A stretch of DNA of 64,000 nt from assembly GCA_028279595.1 (NCBI GenBank), contig JANQNK010000006.1:64001-128000 (forward strand), in the 5' to 3' direction. Shown here one piece after another: positions 10,915 to 19,398 of the stretch. The translations under genes and the position numbers were made by a program. How positions within the stretch are numbered: position 1 is the stretch's first letter; each line of letters opens with the position of its first letter. The stretch is from Thermoplasmatota archaeon (GTDB lineage: Archaea; Thermoplasmatota; JAKEGO01). The notes beneath the pieces are model-generated. The model was not told the origin of the DNA, made no database searches, and was given only the letters and a program-made list of their open reading frames with translations.

Positions 10915-11670
10915 TCAAACATGCCTGAGGTTCTCGCGCCATATCTCCAACAGCTTGGCCACGACCTCGTATTCGTGCTGATATCTTTTCGGATTCAACT
11001 TCGTTAATTGGGCCTCGAGGTAGGTCTCGATCGTCGTGTCCGGGATGTACCTGAAGAGGCCGTAACCCCAGAGTTTCGTAGGATTCCTAGGATTCGAGTA
11101 GAAGTCCCAGAACCTCAGCCGTGCCCGTTTTGGTATCTTGATCGACGTGTCCGGGTCCCCGGTGAGGATGGTGCTCCCGTAGCGCTCGTCCATCCGGTGT
11201 CCGACCACCCTCAGGAACCCGAAGATGACCCGGTCCTCCTCCGAGTCCTTGGGTCCGCGAGTCGTCATGAGGGCCAGCTTGCCGACGAGCTCGTCCTCCG
11301 CCTTGATGGACTTCCCCGGCCTCCTGTCAGAGATGACCCCCGAACCGAACTCGTTCTTGGTGAAGATCCTGCACTCGTAGCACGGGTATTTCCCAACGCG
11401 CTTCCTCTCGCCCTTCTCGAGCTGGTTGCACGGGTTGTCGTCCTGGGTGCACCAGGCGTGTTTCGCATCGTGGATGTTCCATTTCCGACCCTTCGGTCCG
11501 CAGGGTCTGGAATAATCGCTGTCCAGCCAGTTGCACTTGAACGCCAGGTTCTTGTCGGTCTTGAACCGACCCCCCGCGAGCATCCGTTCCATCTCTCCCT
11601 CGAGGTACTCCTGTCTGCATACCTTGCAGCGTGTCCAGACGGTCCCATGCTTGCAGAACCCCGACGGCAT
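10915..11670 (-). CDS. Hypothetical Cys-rich basic protein
   Basis: 251-aa ORF with host-like codon use; CKHG..CKVC, AFKCN, PCYEC, TTR.P...EDRVIF, FWDFY, WGYGLFRY; ATG 11670 preferred to TTG 11676. Confidence 0.7.
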   Translation of the reverse strand: MPSGFCKHGTVWTRCKVCRQEYLEGEMERMLAGGRFKTDKNLAFKCNWLDSDYSRPCGPKGRKWNIHDAKHAWCTQDDNPCNQLEKGERKRVGKYPCYECRIFTKNEFGSGVISDRRPGKSIKAEDELVGKLALMTTRGPKDSEEDRVIFGFLRVVGHRMDERYGSTILTGDPDTSIKIPKRARLRFWDFYSNPRNPTKLWGYGLFRYIPDTTIETYLEAQLTKLNPKRYQHEYEVVAKLLEIWRENLRHV

Positions 11671-11899
11671 TTCCAACGTACCCCTGGCTGTCCGACCCGC
11701 ATGCTGTCTGACGGAAGTTCATCAATGCGATCCCCCACATCTCCTTCCTATCATATACAGCAGGCCTGCTGCGGGCCTTGGTAACCCCCTATAGGAACCG
11801 GTAACTACTTGTTACTTTTGGCAGTCGAAAAACAGTCTGGCTTGACAATGAGTTTGCCGAATATGGGCAGGGTTCTATGGATGGACCATTGGAAGGAAT

Positions 11900-12025
11900 G
11901 ATGTGCGGACGCCGTCCTTACAGCCAGCCGAGGTGCTGTTCGGACGGACGACGCCCTTCGCTGCGGCTGTGATCTATCACCTCTTGCGGCGTCTAGCCGC
12001 ACCCGGCCGTGAAGCCGGGCACCTC
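11900..12025 (-). ncRNA. Candidate structured non-coding RNA of unknown family
   Basis: Intergenic GC-rich block with several helices; the 11-bp helix is complete only on the minus strand (two G-U pairs); TATA-like CTTAAACA 12055-12048 sits the expected distance from its 5' G. Confidence 0.55.
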
Positions 12026-12047
12026 AAGAACTACATCGGTCCAGGGA

Positions 12048-12060
12048 TGTTTAAGTTTTA
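12048..12060 (-). promoter_or_regulatory. BRE/TATA-like promoter for the candidate ncRNA
   Basis: Minus strand TAAAA-CTTAAACA, with no protein start codon at the expected TSS (~12025). Confidence 0.5.
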
Positions 12061-12112
12061 CGTCCAGGCCTTACGTTAATTCCGATAATTTTCTTCGGAA
12101 TATGCGGAACGG

Positions 12113-12820
12113 TCACAGGCGCGACAACCATTCGTAGGACAACCACGCCTTCCATGCCGATAGCACGGCGATGAACGCAAGGCCAAGTACGAAGGCCCCA
12201 AAGTTGAAGGGAAGGAGCACACCGGCGAGCAGCGTCGCGATCGTTCCGAACATCGCTGAATAGGTCCCCTTCTTCAGGTCCCATCTCTGGATCCGGTAGG
12301 CCGTCGCCGTCATTATCAATGCGGCCACCGCGAGCAGCAGGACGACCGTCTCGCCCATCAGGACCGCGGCCATCAGGATCGCGAGCGTCCCGATTGCGAC
12401 GGCGGATGCGAGTCTCATAGCCAACGTCGGGTCGAAACCACCTGTATCGCGTCCAGCCAACCTTCCTTCGATCAGCCTGTGGACGGCCTGGACGTTCCAT
12501 CTGTTCCTGTCGTCCTCGAGTCGCTCCCGGTCCTCTTCCTCGATGAACTCGGAGACTATGCTGACCTTCGTACCCTTCTCGGTCTTCGAGAACTCGATGT
12601 GGAGCTCCTCGCCCTTCGCTTCAAGGGAGACCGGTGTAAGCGCTTCGATCCGCTTTTTCTTCCTCGCGGCCCTGTCGACCTTGAACTGGATATCACTGAG
12701 CGCCTTGAGGGTGGAATTGAACACCTTCGAGTATGGGTGCTCGTATGTAACGCTCTTCTTGGAGCTGTTGGCGGAGCGTCCGAAGTCCTCTTTCGGAGTC
12801 CCCTTCTCTTCCTCTCCCAC
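12113..12820 (-). CDS. Hypothetical protein: soluble alpha/beta N-domain plus ~4 C-terminal TM helices
   Basis: 235-aa ORF (GTG start), hydrophobic C-terminal half. Confidence 0.7.
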   Translation of the reverse strand: MGEEEKGTPKEDFGRSANSSKKSVTYEHPYSKVFNSTLKALSDIQFKVDRAARKKKRIEALTPVSLEAKGEELHIEFSKTEKGTKVSIVSEFIEEEDRERLEDDRNRWNVQAVHRLIEGRLAGRDTGGFDPTLAMRLASAVAIGTLAILMAAVLMGETVVLLLAVAALIMTATAYRIQRWDLKKGTYSAMFGTIATLLAGVLLPFNFGAFVLGLAFIAVLSAWKAWLSYEWLSRL

Positions 12821-12857
12821 GGAAGCGGATGCGTTTACGATTCAAAAAGGTTGTTCG

Positions 12858-13658
12858 TCATGTGGTCCATTTGTGGTTGCACATCGGACATTTCCACTTG
12901 CCCAGTAATGTCTTTTTGATTGAGCCACGCTGTCCACATGCCATGCAGACAGTAGGTCCCTTGCCAGCGTTAGGGAATCCTCGTTCCTTTACCATCCTTC
13001 GGAAGTATTCCCGTCCCTCGGGGTCCGGGATGTCATGTATGCTCGTGTACTTCATTCCCTTCCATTGATATACATCATCCGAGCCAGTCTGGGTCTTCAG
13101 CCCATTGCTGTATTTTCCTTGCCTATCGAGGAATGACATGACGAGGTCGAACTCGTCTCTCATTTGCGACGACATCTCGGTGTCAGGTACCTTAACGGTG
13201 ACGTCTCCCAACGATATCTGGAGAAATCTGACTGGATAGAGGTCATCGAAGGATCGCGCTTCTTGATCATATCCGGTTGACAGGATGCGAAGGAAGTTCT
13301 CCTTCATCGACGGAGGCAACCTGTTGACCTCGTCCCTGTTGATAACCCATACGGTAAGTTTCATGGAGAATCTGCCCTCCTCAAGTCTCTTGTCGAACAT
13401 GTCACGTTTCCCCCTCCTCTCTAGATCCTCTATGAAGTGGTAGTAAAGTCCCGACCATTCTTTTGGAGGTGTCCCCTTGAAACCATCGGTGGAAACCGTG
13501 TGTGACTTGCGCTCAGTGACTATTGGTTCTACCGCACTGAATACGATCTCTGCATCTCCTTTAGGTACGTCATCGATGGACTGATAGGTCTCAACATCGC
13601 CCTCTTTCGTGAGAACGATCGTCCCATCTTTCTTAATACTGACATTCGCCCTGCCCAT
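12858..13658 (-). CDS. Hypothetical protein with C-terminal Zn-ribbon, lower GC than its neighbours
   Basis: ATG 13658 (MGRANV) lies just downstream of TATA-like CTTAAAA 13697-13691; C-terminal CMACG...CPMC. Confidence 0.65.
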   Translation of the reverse strand: MGRANVSIKKDGTIVLTKEGDVETYQSIDDVPKGDAEIVFSAVEPIVTERKSHTVSTDGFKGTPPKEWSGLYYHFIEDLERRGKRDMFDKRLEEGRFSMKLTVWVINRDEVNRLPPSMKENFLRILSTGYDQEARSFDDLYPVRFLQISLGDVTVKVPDTEMSSQMRDEFDLVMSFLDRQGKYSNGLKTQTGSDDVYQWKGMKYTSIHDIPDPEGREYFRRMVKERGFPNAGKGPTVCMACGQRGSIKKTLLGKWKCPMCNHKWTT

Positions 13659-14000
13659 TTTGACACCCAGTCCATCGAATGTTGTTAGAGTTTTAAGTTT
13701 ATCGGTGTGACCAAGATACCGAAACCCGCACTGTAGGTAACTGCTTGATGGATTCACGATCTTGCACTGAATACACCTTAGGGTAGTAATTAAAGGGTAT
13801 GTTTTTATAGAAAATTGATAATGCCCGGCTGATATTCTCACATTCTCGCCGTAATTCGGCGATTAGTGGAATATCCTCATAATTTGCGAGAAATCAAACG
13901 AGTTCATGTTCCTTTGTTGCTCAGCAGTTCGCAACTGTCCATATCAATTTCAACCACCTCTCCGAAGGCTATTTATCGGAGTGACGGTTCATTCGGTAAC

Positions 14001-14645
14001 ATGAACAAGAGGAGCCTCGAGATAACGCTCGAACGGGTCCCGCCGATACCTGAACCGGATGCGGAACTCGAACAGTACAGCACACCCGCCACGGTCGCTG
14101 CGGACCTGGTCTACACCGCTTTCATGCTGGGCGACGTCGATGACATGAACATCGTCGACCTCGGGTGCGGCACTGGTATCCTGGCGATCGGGGCCTCACT
14201 ACTCGGGGCTGAGAAGGTCACAGCAATAGACATCGACCCGGAGAGCCTGGAGGTAGGCCGGGAGTCGGCGGAGGAGCTCGGAGCTGAGGTCGAGTTCATC
14301 GAAGGGGACATCTCTATCCTCGAGGAGAGGTGCGATACCATCATAATGAATCCGCCATTCGGCGCACAGACGAAGCACGCCGACAGGGCGTTCATAGAGA
14401 AGGCCATCGAGCTGTCCAATGTGATCTACTCCCTTCACAACGGAAATACGGCGGACTTCATTCGCGGTTTCGCTGCAGAGCTCGAGGCGGGTGTGACGCG
14501 CGAGTGGGACTACGAGTTCACCATCAAGAAGCAGTTCGACTTCCATTCCCACGACAGGGTGGACGTCGACGTTACGGCCTTTCGTATAGTACCCGGTCGA
14601 TATCACATCGCATCCGACGATGATGAGGAAGAGGACGGATACTGA
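14001..14645 (+). CDS. METTL5/N6-adenine methyltransferase family protein
   Basis: LEQYSTPA, DLGCGTG SAM motif I, NPPF motif IV, IYSLH. Confidence 0.9.
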   Translation: MNKRSLEITLERVPPIPEPDAELEQYSTPATVAADLVYTAFMLGDVDDMNIVDLGCGTGILAIGASLLGAEKVTAIDIDPESLEVGRESAEELGAEVEFIEGDISILEERCDTIIMNPPFGAQTKHADRAFIEKAIELSNVIYSLHNGNTADFIRGFAAELEAGVTREWDYEFTIKKQFDFHSHDRVDVDVTAFRIVPGRYHIASDDDEEEDGY

Positions 14646-14657
14646 TCGGTAAGGCCG

Positions 14658-15368
14658 TCATACAGTTCTCGAAGGGCAGATGTCATTGAGAATGCAGTTC
14701 TGACACAGCGGTCTCCTGGCGTCGCATACCTGCCGTCCGTGACGGATGATATTGATGTGGACATCGAGGTATCGCTCCTCGGGAAACATGTCGGCCAGAA
14801 TCTCGTGGGCCTTCTCCCTGGAGACCTTCTCCCCGATCAACCCTAGGCGCTTCGTGACTCGATGGACGTGGGTGTCGACAGGGAATGCAGGTATCCCGAG
14901 GGAGAACTGGAGGACTATGGCCGCTGTCTTCGGACCGACGCCGTTCATGGAGATCAGATACTCGTGGGCTTCATCGGGTCCCATGTCCGAAAGGTAATCG
15001 AGGTTCAACTTCCCTGTCTCTTCCTTTATCTGACGTAGTGCGCCCACTATGTACGATGCCTTTGCCTTGGCGAGTCCGCAGACGTAGATGGCTTCTTCTA
15101 TCTCGCCGATCTCTGCAGCGAGGACCTCCTCCCATGTCGGGAAGCGGTCCCGCAGCTCCATCCACGCCCTGTCCCTGTTGACATCGTTCGTGTTCTGGGA
15201 GAGTATGGTCAGAACGAGCTCCTCGAGCGGAGGCATTTGCCTTACCGTCGGGATGCCGTACTCGTCGCGGAGCCGGTCGGCCACAACGAGGGCTTCCGCT
15301 GGGATCCGTTTTGTCTCGGGGTCCACGTCCCCTATCTCAGAATTGTTGTCATGGCCCGGCGGGCTCAT
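14658..15368 (-). CDS. nth: Endonuclease III (HhH-GPD glycosylase, FeS cluster)
   Basis: TILSQNT, GVGPKTA, FPVDTHVHRV, C-x6-C-x2-C-x5-C. Confidence 0.88.
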   Translation of the reverse strand: MSPPGHDNNSEIGDVDPETKRIPAEALVVADRLRDEYGIPTVRQMPPLEELVLTILSQNTNDVNRDRAWMELRDRFPTWEEVLAAEIGEIEEAIYVCGLAKAKASYIVGALRQIKEETGKLNLDYLSDMGPDEAHEYLISMNGVGPKTAAIVLQFSLGIPAFPVDTHVHRVTKRLGLIGEKVSREKAHEILADMFPEERYLDVHINIIRHGRQVCDARRPLCQNCILNDICPSRTV

Positions 15369-15562
15369 GTCGGCCTCTCGAGGACCTTCTTGTAGGAGGT
15401 CACGTAGCCGGCGATCCTGTTCTTGAGGCGAGACGACTGGATCGACGCGAGCTCCGCTACCATCTCCTTGTTGTGCTCGAAGTCATCCGTGAACTTGTCC
15501 GGATACCTCTCAAGGAGGTCGATCGCGACACGCTTTATGTACGTCGGTCTGATGTTGCCCAT
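15365..15562 (-). CDS. rps17e: 30S ribosomal protein S17e
   Basis: MGNIRPTYIKR...FTDDFEHNK...KNRIAGYVT. Confidence 0.96.
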   Translation of the reverse strand: MGNIRPTYIKRVAIDLLERYPDKFTDDFEHNKEMVAELASIQSSRLKNRIAGYVTSYKKVLERPT

Positions 15563-15706
15563 TCTGTCTCACCGTAGGTGTGCCATACCGAAAGGGTATA
15601 TTATAGTTTTGCTGGAATACGAAGGGAAACATCTGCATGAATCGTGCACAAAACATGTCCAGAGGGTCGTCGAAAGGCCTAAAAGGGGTGAGGTGGAATC
15701 ACTTGC

Positions 15707-15862
15707 ATGCCCCACGAGGAATGGAAGTTCAGCGACAATGACATCTGCCCGGTTTGCGGCAAGAAGAACTTCTGTACCGAACACCAGTACATGAACAGGT
15801 CGTGGTGGGAGGAGTACCAGAAGACCTTCGTCTCGTGGCGAAAGGTGGACGAGGAGGAATAA
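15707..15862 (+). CDS. 51-aa CPxCG-type zinc-finger microprotein (absent from ORF track)
   Basis: MPHEEWKFSDNDICPVCGKKNFCTEHQYMNRSWWEEYQKTFVSWRKVDEEE; GAGGTG upstream; fills the rps17e-trpS gap exactly. Confidence 0.65.
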   Translation: MPHEEWKFSDNDICPVCGKKNFCTEHQYMNRSWWEEYQKTFVSWRKVDEEE

Positions 15863-15864
15863 GC

Positions 15865-17163
15865 TCAGTCGTCCATGTATTCTTTGACGATATCCCTGGC
15901 AGCCTCGCGTTTCTCGGCAAGGTCGGAAAGGAACGACTCGAGGAGCTCGGCCGCCTGGGCCTTGCAGGCACCGCAGAGACGGTCGCCGTCCAGGCACTCC
16001 TTCCTGACGGCCGCCAGTTCGTCGTCGCTCTCGATCAGATGGAAGTTGAACATCTCGTAGACGCTGCAGATGTCGGGTTCACCGCCCTGCTCCCTCTGTT
16101 CCTCTGCAGTGGTCCGCCCACCGGTCACTGCCGCCTTCATCTTCTTGATGGCCTCTTCCGGCGTGTCGGTCAGGAATATCGCGCTCTCCGGTATGGACGA
16201 CGACATCTTGCCGCCGGTCAGGGCGGTCATGAACATGTTGTAGGACGATGACGGGGCGAAGAAACCGTACGATCCGCGGGAATGCTCGAGTTCGAGCATC
16301 CTCAGGTTCGCTTCCTCGACGGACATCTCAGGGTAAAGTGCTCTGTACGGTTTGTTGGCCTCGACCTTGCCATGCTTGAGCAGCTCGGTCTCGGCGGCGT
16401 CCAGGTCCTCCATCGGCCTGTCGCCCTTCAGGAACACACCGGTCCCCTGTTCTGTCTCCTGTACGCTGTAGTAGCGGAATGCCTTGGCGATATCCCGGCT
16501 AAGTCTGATGTGCGGGTCCTGATCGACCCCGACAGGCACGATCGTCGGCCTCGGCCCTCCATACTTGTCGAGCTGGACGTGGAGGATGTCCCCCACCTGG
16601 ACGAGAGGGCTCATGATATGCGACATGTTGGTCTCGTCGGTGAACCCGTAGACCGCCTTCATCGTCGACCAGTTGACGGGCCGCGACATCTCGAAGGCGA
16701 TGTCCATGACATCCTTCCTCTTCGATTGCGAATAGATGCTGGTCCGTTCCTGGGGAAGACCAAGCGCGATATAGTTCAGTATGTACTCCTCGATCGCCAA
16801 ATGACGGCTCTCATCGAGAGGCACTCCCCGGGCACCCCAAGCCTCAATGTCGGCCACAGCGACGAAGACGTCGGCCCCCCACCTGTGATATGCCAGTACC
16901 TGGTCGAGCACCATCTTGTGTCCGAAGTGCATCTTCCCGGAAGGGGCGAGACCGGTCAAAACCGCGAAACCTGTCCCATCGACTATCGCCCTGTGGACTG
17001 GATCGAAGCCGCGACAACCGAAGACCACCCCCCTCCGGAACTGTATGGGTGGGTCAGGCATCGGGAACCGTTCCATGGAGAACTGCTCGATACCGAACTT
17101 CTCGATGAGCCTCCCGTAATCGTACGTCTCCGACGCCCACGGGTCGATCCTGTCCTCGGGCAT
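15865..17163 (-). CDS. trpS: Tryptophan--tRNA ligase (archaeal type with insertion)
   Basis: PSGKMHFGH (HIGH), VPVGVDQDPH, KMSSS. Confidence 0.95.
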   Translation of the reverse strand: MPEDRIDPWASETYDYGRLIEKFGIEQFSMERFPMPDPPIQFRRGVVFGCRGFDPVHRAIVDGTGFAVLTGLAPSGKMHFGHKMVLDQVLAYHRWGADVFVAVADIEAWGARGVPLDESRHLAIEEYILNYIALGLPQERTSIYSQSKRKDVMDIAFEMSRPVNWSTMKAVYGFTDETNMSHIMSPLVQVGDILHVQLDKYGGPRPTIVPVGVDQDPHIRLSRDIAKAFRYYSVQETEQGTGVFLKGDRPMEDLDAAETELLKHGKVEANKPYRALYPEMSVEEANLRMLELEHSRGSYGFFAPSSSYNMFMTALTGGKMSSSIPESAIFLTDTPEEAIKKMKAAVTGGRTTAEEQREQGGEPDICSVYEMFNFHLIESDDELAAVRKECLDGDRLCGACKAQAAELLESFLSDLAEKREAARDIVKEYMDD

Positions 17164-17259
17164 GAGCCTGGAACGACGGATGGTTAGTTAAAGTTTGTCG
17201 AGTGACCATGTTCTCATGAGGACAGTTCATTATTTGTATAGGGGTACAAATCCGACAGC

Positions 17260-17544
17260 ATGGACCACTGGGGACCGACTCAGGTGGCCTGCAACTGCGG
17301 AAAGGAGGTCTTCTCTGTCAGACGAGAGGAGAAGGGACCGATGATCCTCAAGTGCTTCGAGTGTGGCCGCGATCAGTTGTGGACGACACCAGACGATTTC
17401 AGCGGATATATCCGATGTCACAAGTGCGATGGATTGACCTTCTATGTCTACAGTCCATCGGAGGAGACAGATGAGCTTTGCTTTCAGCTGATTTGCACAG
17501 AGGACGGCACGATATCCTTTCTGAACAGGGGTTCTCCCGAGTAG
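17260..17544 (+). CDS. Small putative double Zn-ribbon protein
   Basis: CNCG, CFECG, CHKCD, CTEDG; AT-rich TATA-like TTATTTGTATA upstream. Confidence 0.6.
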   Translation: MDHWGPTQVACNCGKEVFSVRREEKGPMILKCFECGRDQLWTTPDDFSGYIRCHKCDGLTFYVYSPSEETDELCFQLICTEDGTISFLNRGSPE

Positions 17545-17645
17545 GTCACGATGGTGACCACTGGTCGTAGAAGGGCGTGGGATCGGAAGCTCGTGAATGG
17601 GCATTCTTCAAACATCCTTAAATACGGAAATGGGAATGAAGTGAC

Positions 17646-18425
17646 GTGTCCTGGGTCACGTTCATGCGGGGGAAGAAATCCACGTCCTGGCGTCTCTTCA
17701 AGTTCCTGTTCCCCATAGCCCTCGCTGCACTCTACGGACTGCTCCTCTTCCTCATGCTCAACTGGGAGACGTTCCAGGTGGTGGGCGGTGGTCTTCTCGT
17801 CTACTTCGTGCCGCCAGCCGGTAAGGAATCCGTCATTCCCGCCATGGTCGCCCTTGGCATCGATCCGATGTTCGCGGCACTCAACGTCGCCCTCGTGGAC
17901 ATCTTCGGGGCGATATTCCTCGCGTGGAACTTCGACCTCTTCGAGAAGATACCTGGCGTCGGCTGGGTCATCATGAAGATCGAGAAGAAGTCGCTCGAGA
18001 CATTGGACAAGAACCCGTGGATGGACGAGGTCGCATTCGTCGGGCTCATCATATTCGTCATCGTACCATTCCAGGGTAGCGGCGCAGTCGGCGCATCTAT
18101 CCTCGGGAACATAATCGCCATGAAGCCGGAGAAGGTGCTCCTGGCCGTCGAGATAGGAGCCATAGTGGGAACCCTCGCGATCGCTTACCTCTCTAGCGTC
18201 TTCATCGCGTTGATATTCACGAACATCCTCTATGCGTTCGTGTTAGTGGCATTGCTGGCCGTATTCTTCCTGATGATGATGAAGGTCAAGGACAGGGCCG
18301 TGAGGAAGCACGAGGAGAAGGTCAGGAACGGAACTGCCAAACCGGTGGTGAGGCAGACCCGGAGATACAATCCTGAAGAGGACAAGGGTAAGAAGCCCAA
18401 AGGTAAGGGGAAGGTGAAGAAATGA
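17646..18425 (+). CDS. Small multi-drug export family membrane protein
   Basis: PPAGKESVIP, FVIVPFQGSGAVGASILG, multiple TM helices. Confidence 0.75.
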   Translation: MSWVTFMRGKKSTSWRLFKFLFPIALAALYGLLLFLMLNWETFQVVGGGLLVYFVPPAGKESVIPAMVALGIDPMFAALNVALVDIFGAIFLAWNFDLFEKIPGVGWVIMKIEKKSLETLDKNPWMDEVAFVGLIIFVIVPFQGSGAVGASILGNIIAMKPEKVLLAVEIGAIVGTLAIAYLSSVFIALIFTNILYAFVLVALLAVFFLMMMKVKDRAVRKHEEKVRNGTAKPVVRQTRRYNPEEDKGKKPKGKGKVKK

Positions 18426-19363
18426 AGATTCTGGTAACAGGCGGGGCCGGGTTCATCGGCTCGCATCTCGTGGACAGGCTGGTGGCCGACGACCACGACG
18501 TCGTCGTCATGGACAACCTCAGCGGCGGCAACCTCGATATGATAAAGAACCATCTCGGCGCGATAGAGATCGTCCAGGGCGACATCACGGTCGAGGCGGA
18601 CCTGGTGAACGTCATGGACGACGTGGAGGTGCTCTTCCATCTGGCAGCGGACCCCGATGTCCGGGCCGGGTTCAAGAGGTCGGCCTTCCAGATCGAACAG
18701 AACCTGGTGGGCACGTACAACCTGCTGGACGCCATCGTCGACACCGACGTAAAGATGTTCGCCTTCACCTCTACATCCACGGTCTACGGGAACGCCACCA
18801 TCATTCCGACACCCGAGGAATACGGACCGCTGCTGCCGATATCGGTGTACGGGGCAACAAAGCTTGCCTGCGAGGGGCTCATTTCGGCATTCTCCGACAA
18901 CTACGGCTTCGATTCCGTCCTTTACAGGTTCGCGAACGTGGTGGGACCCCGCTCCACACACGGGGTGATATTCGATTTCGTCAACAAGTTGAGAACGAAC
19001 CCTTCCGAACTCGAGATACTCGGCGATGGGACCCAGAGGAAATCGTACTTCTCCGTCTCAGACTGCATCGAGGCCATGGTGCACGGCTGGAAGAACACCA
19101 GCGGATGCGAACCGTACAACATCGGATCCGTGGACGTCATCGACGTTACGACGCTGGCGAACATCGTCGTGGAGGAGATGGGACTCGAGGACGTGAAGTA
19201 CAGGTACACAGGCGGGGTCGGCGGTGCCGGCTGGAAGGGCGACGTGAAGTACATGCAGCTCGCCATCGACAAGATGGCAGGGATAGGCTGGAAACCGCTC
19301 CACGACAGCTCCGAGGCGGTCAGACTGGCCGTTCGGCACATAATCGGAACTGCCTCGATCTGA
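18422..19363 (+). CDS. NAD-dependent epimerase/dehydratase (UDP-glucose 4-epimerase-like)
   Basis: TGGAGFIGSH, STSTVYG, YGATK, RFANVVG. Confidence 0.92.
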   Translation: MKILVTGGAGFIGSHLVDRLVADDHDVVVMDNLSGGNLDMIKNHLGAIEIVQGDITVEADLVNVMDDVEVLFHLAADPDVRAGFKRSAFQIEQNLVGTYNLLDAIVDTDVKMFAFTSTSTVYGNATIIPTPEEYGPLLPISVYGATKLACEGLISAFSDNYGFDSVLYRFANVVGPRSTHGVIFDFVNKLRTNPSELEILGDGTQRKSYFSVSDCIEAMVHGWKNTSGCEPYNIGSVDVIDVTTLANIVVEEMGLEDVKYRYTGGVGGAGWKGDVKYMQLAIDKMAGIGWKPLHDSSEAVRLAVRHIIGTASI

Positions 19364-19398
19364 AGATCCGGAATTGAGGCGCGGGAAATTACTCTTCT

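Noticed and set aside
11900-12025. tRNA, 5S rRNA, SRP RNA, RNase P, HDV-like ribozyme or IS200/IS605 end as the identity of the structured element
   Set aside because: No complete T-arm or cloverleaf, no SRP helix-8 motif, no GAGGAAAGUCC, no P3/L3 of the HDV fold and no tnpA/tnpB nearby. Loose resemblances to H/ACA spacing and group IIC intron 5' ends are too weak to call.
13866-14000. N-terminal extensions given in the ORF track (METTL5 13866, also ndk 48126 and 13841)
   Set aside because: They run through promoter or neighbouring-gene sequence; family homology or TATA position points to downstream ATGs.
16260-16480. Insertion in TrpRS before KMSSS
   Set aside because: Similar insertions are known in archaeal TrpRS; there are no intein motifs.
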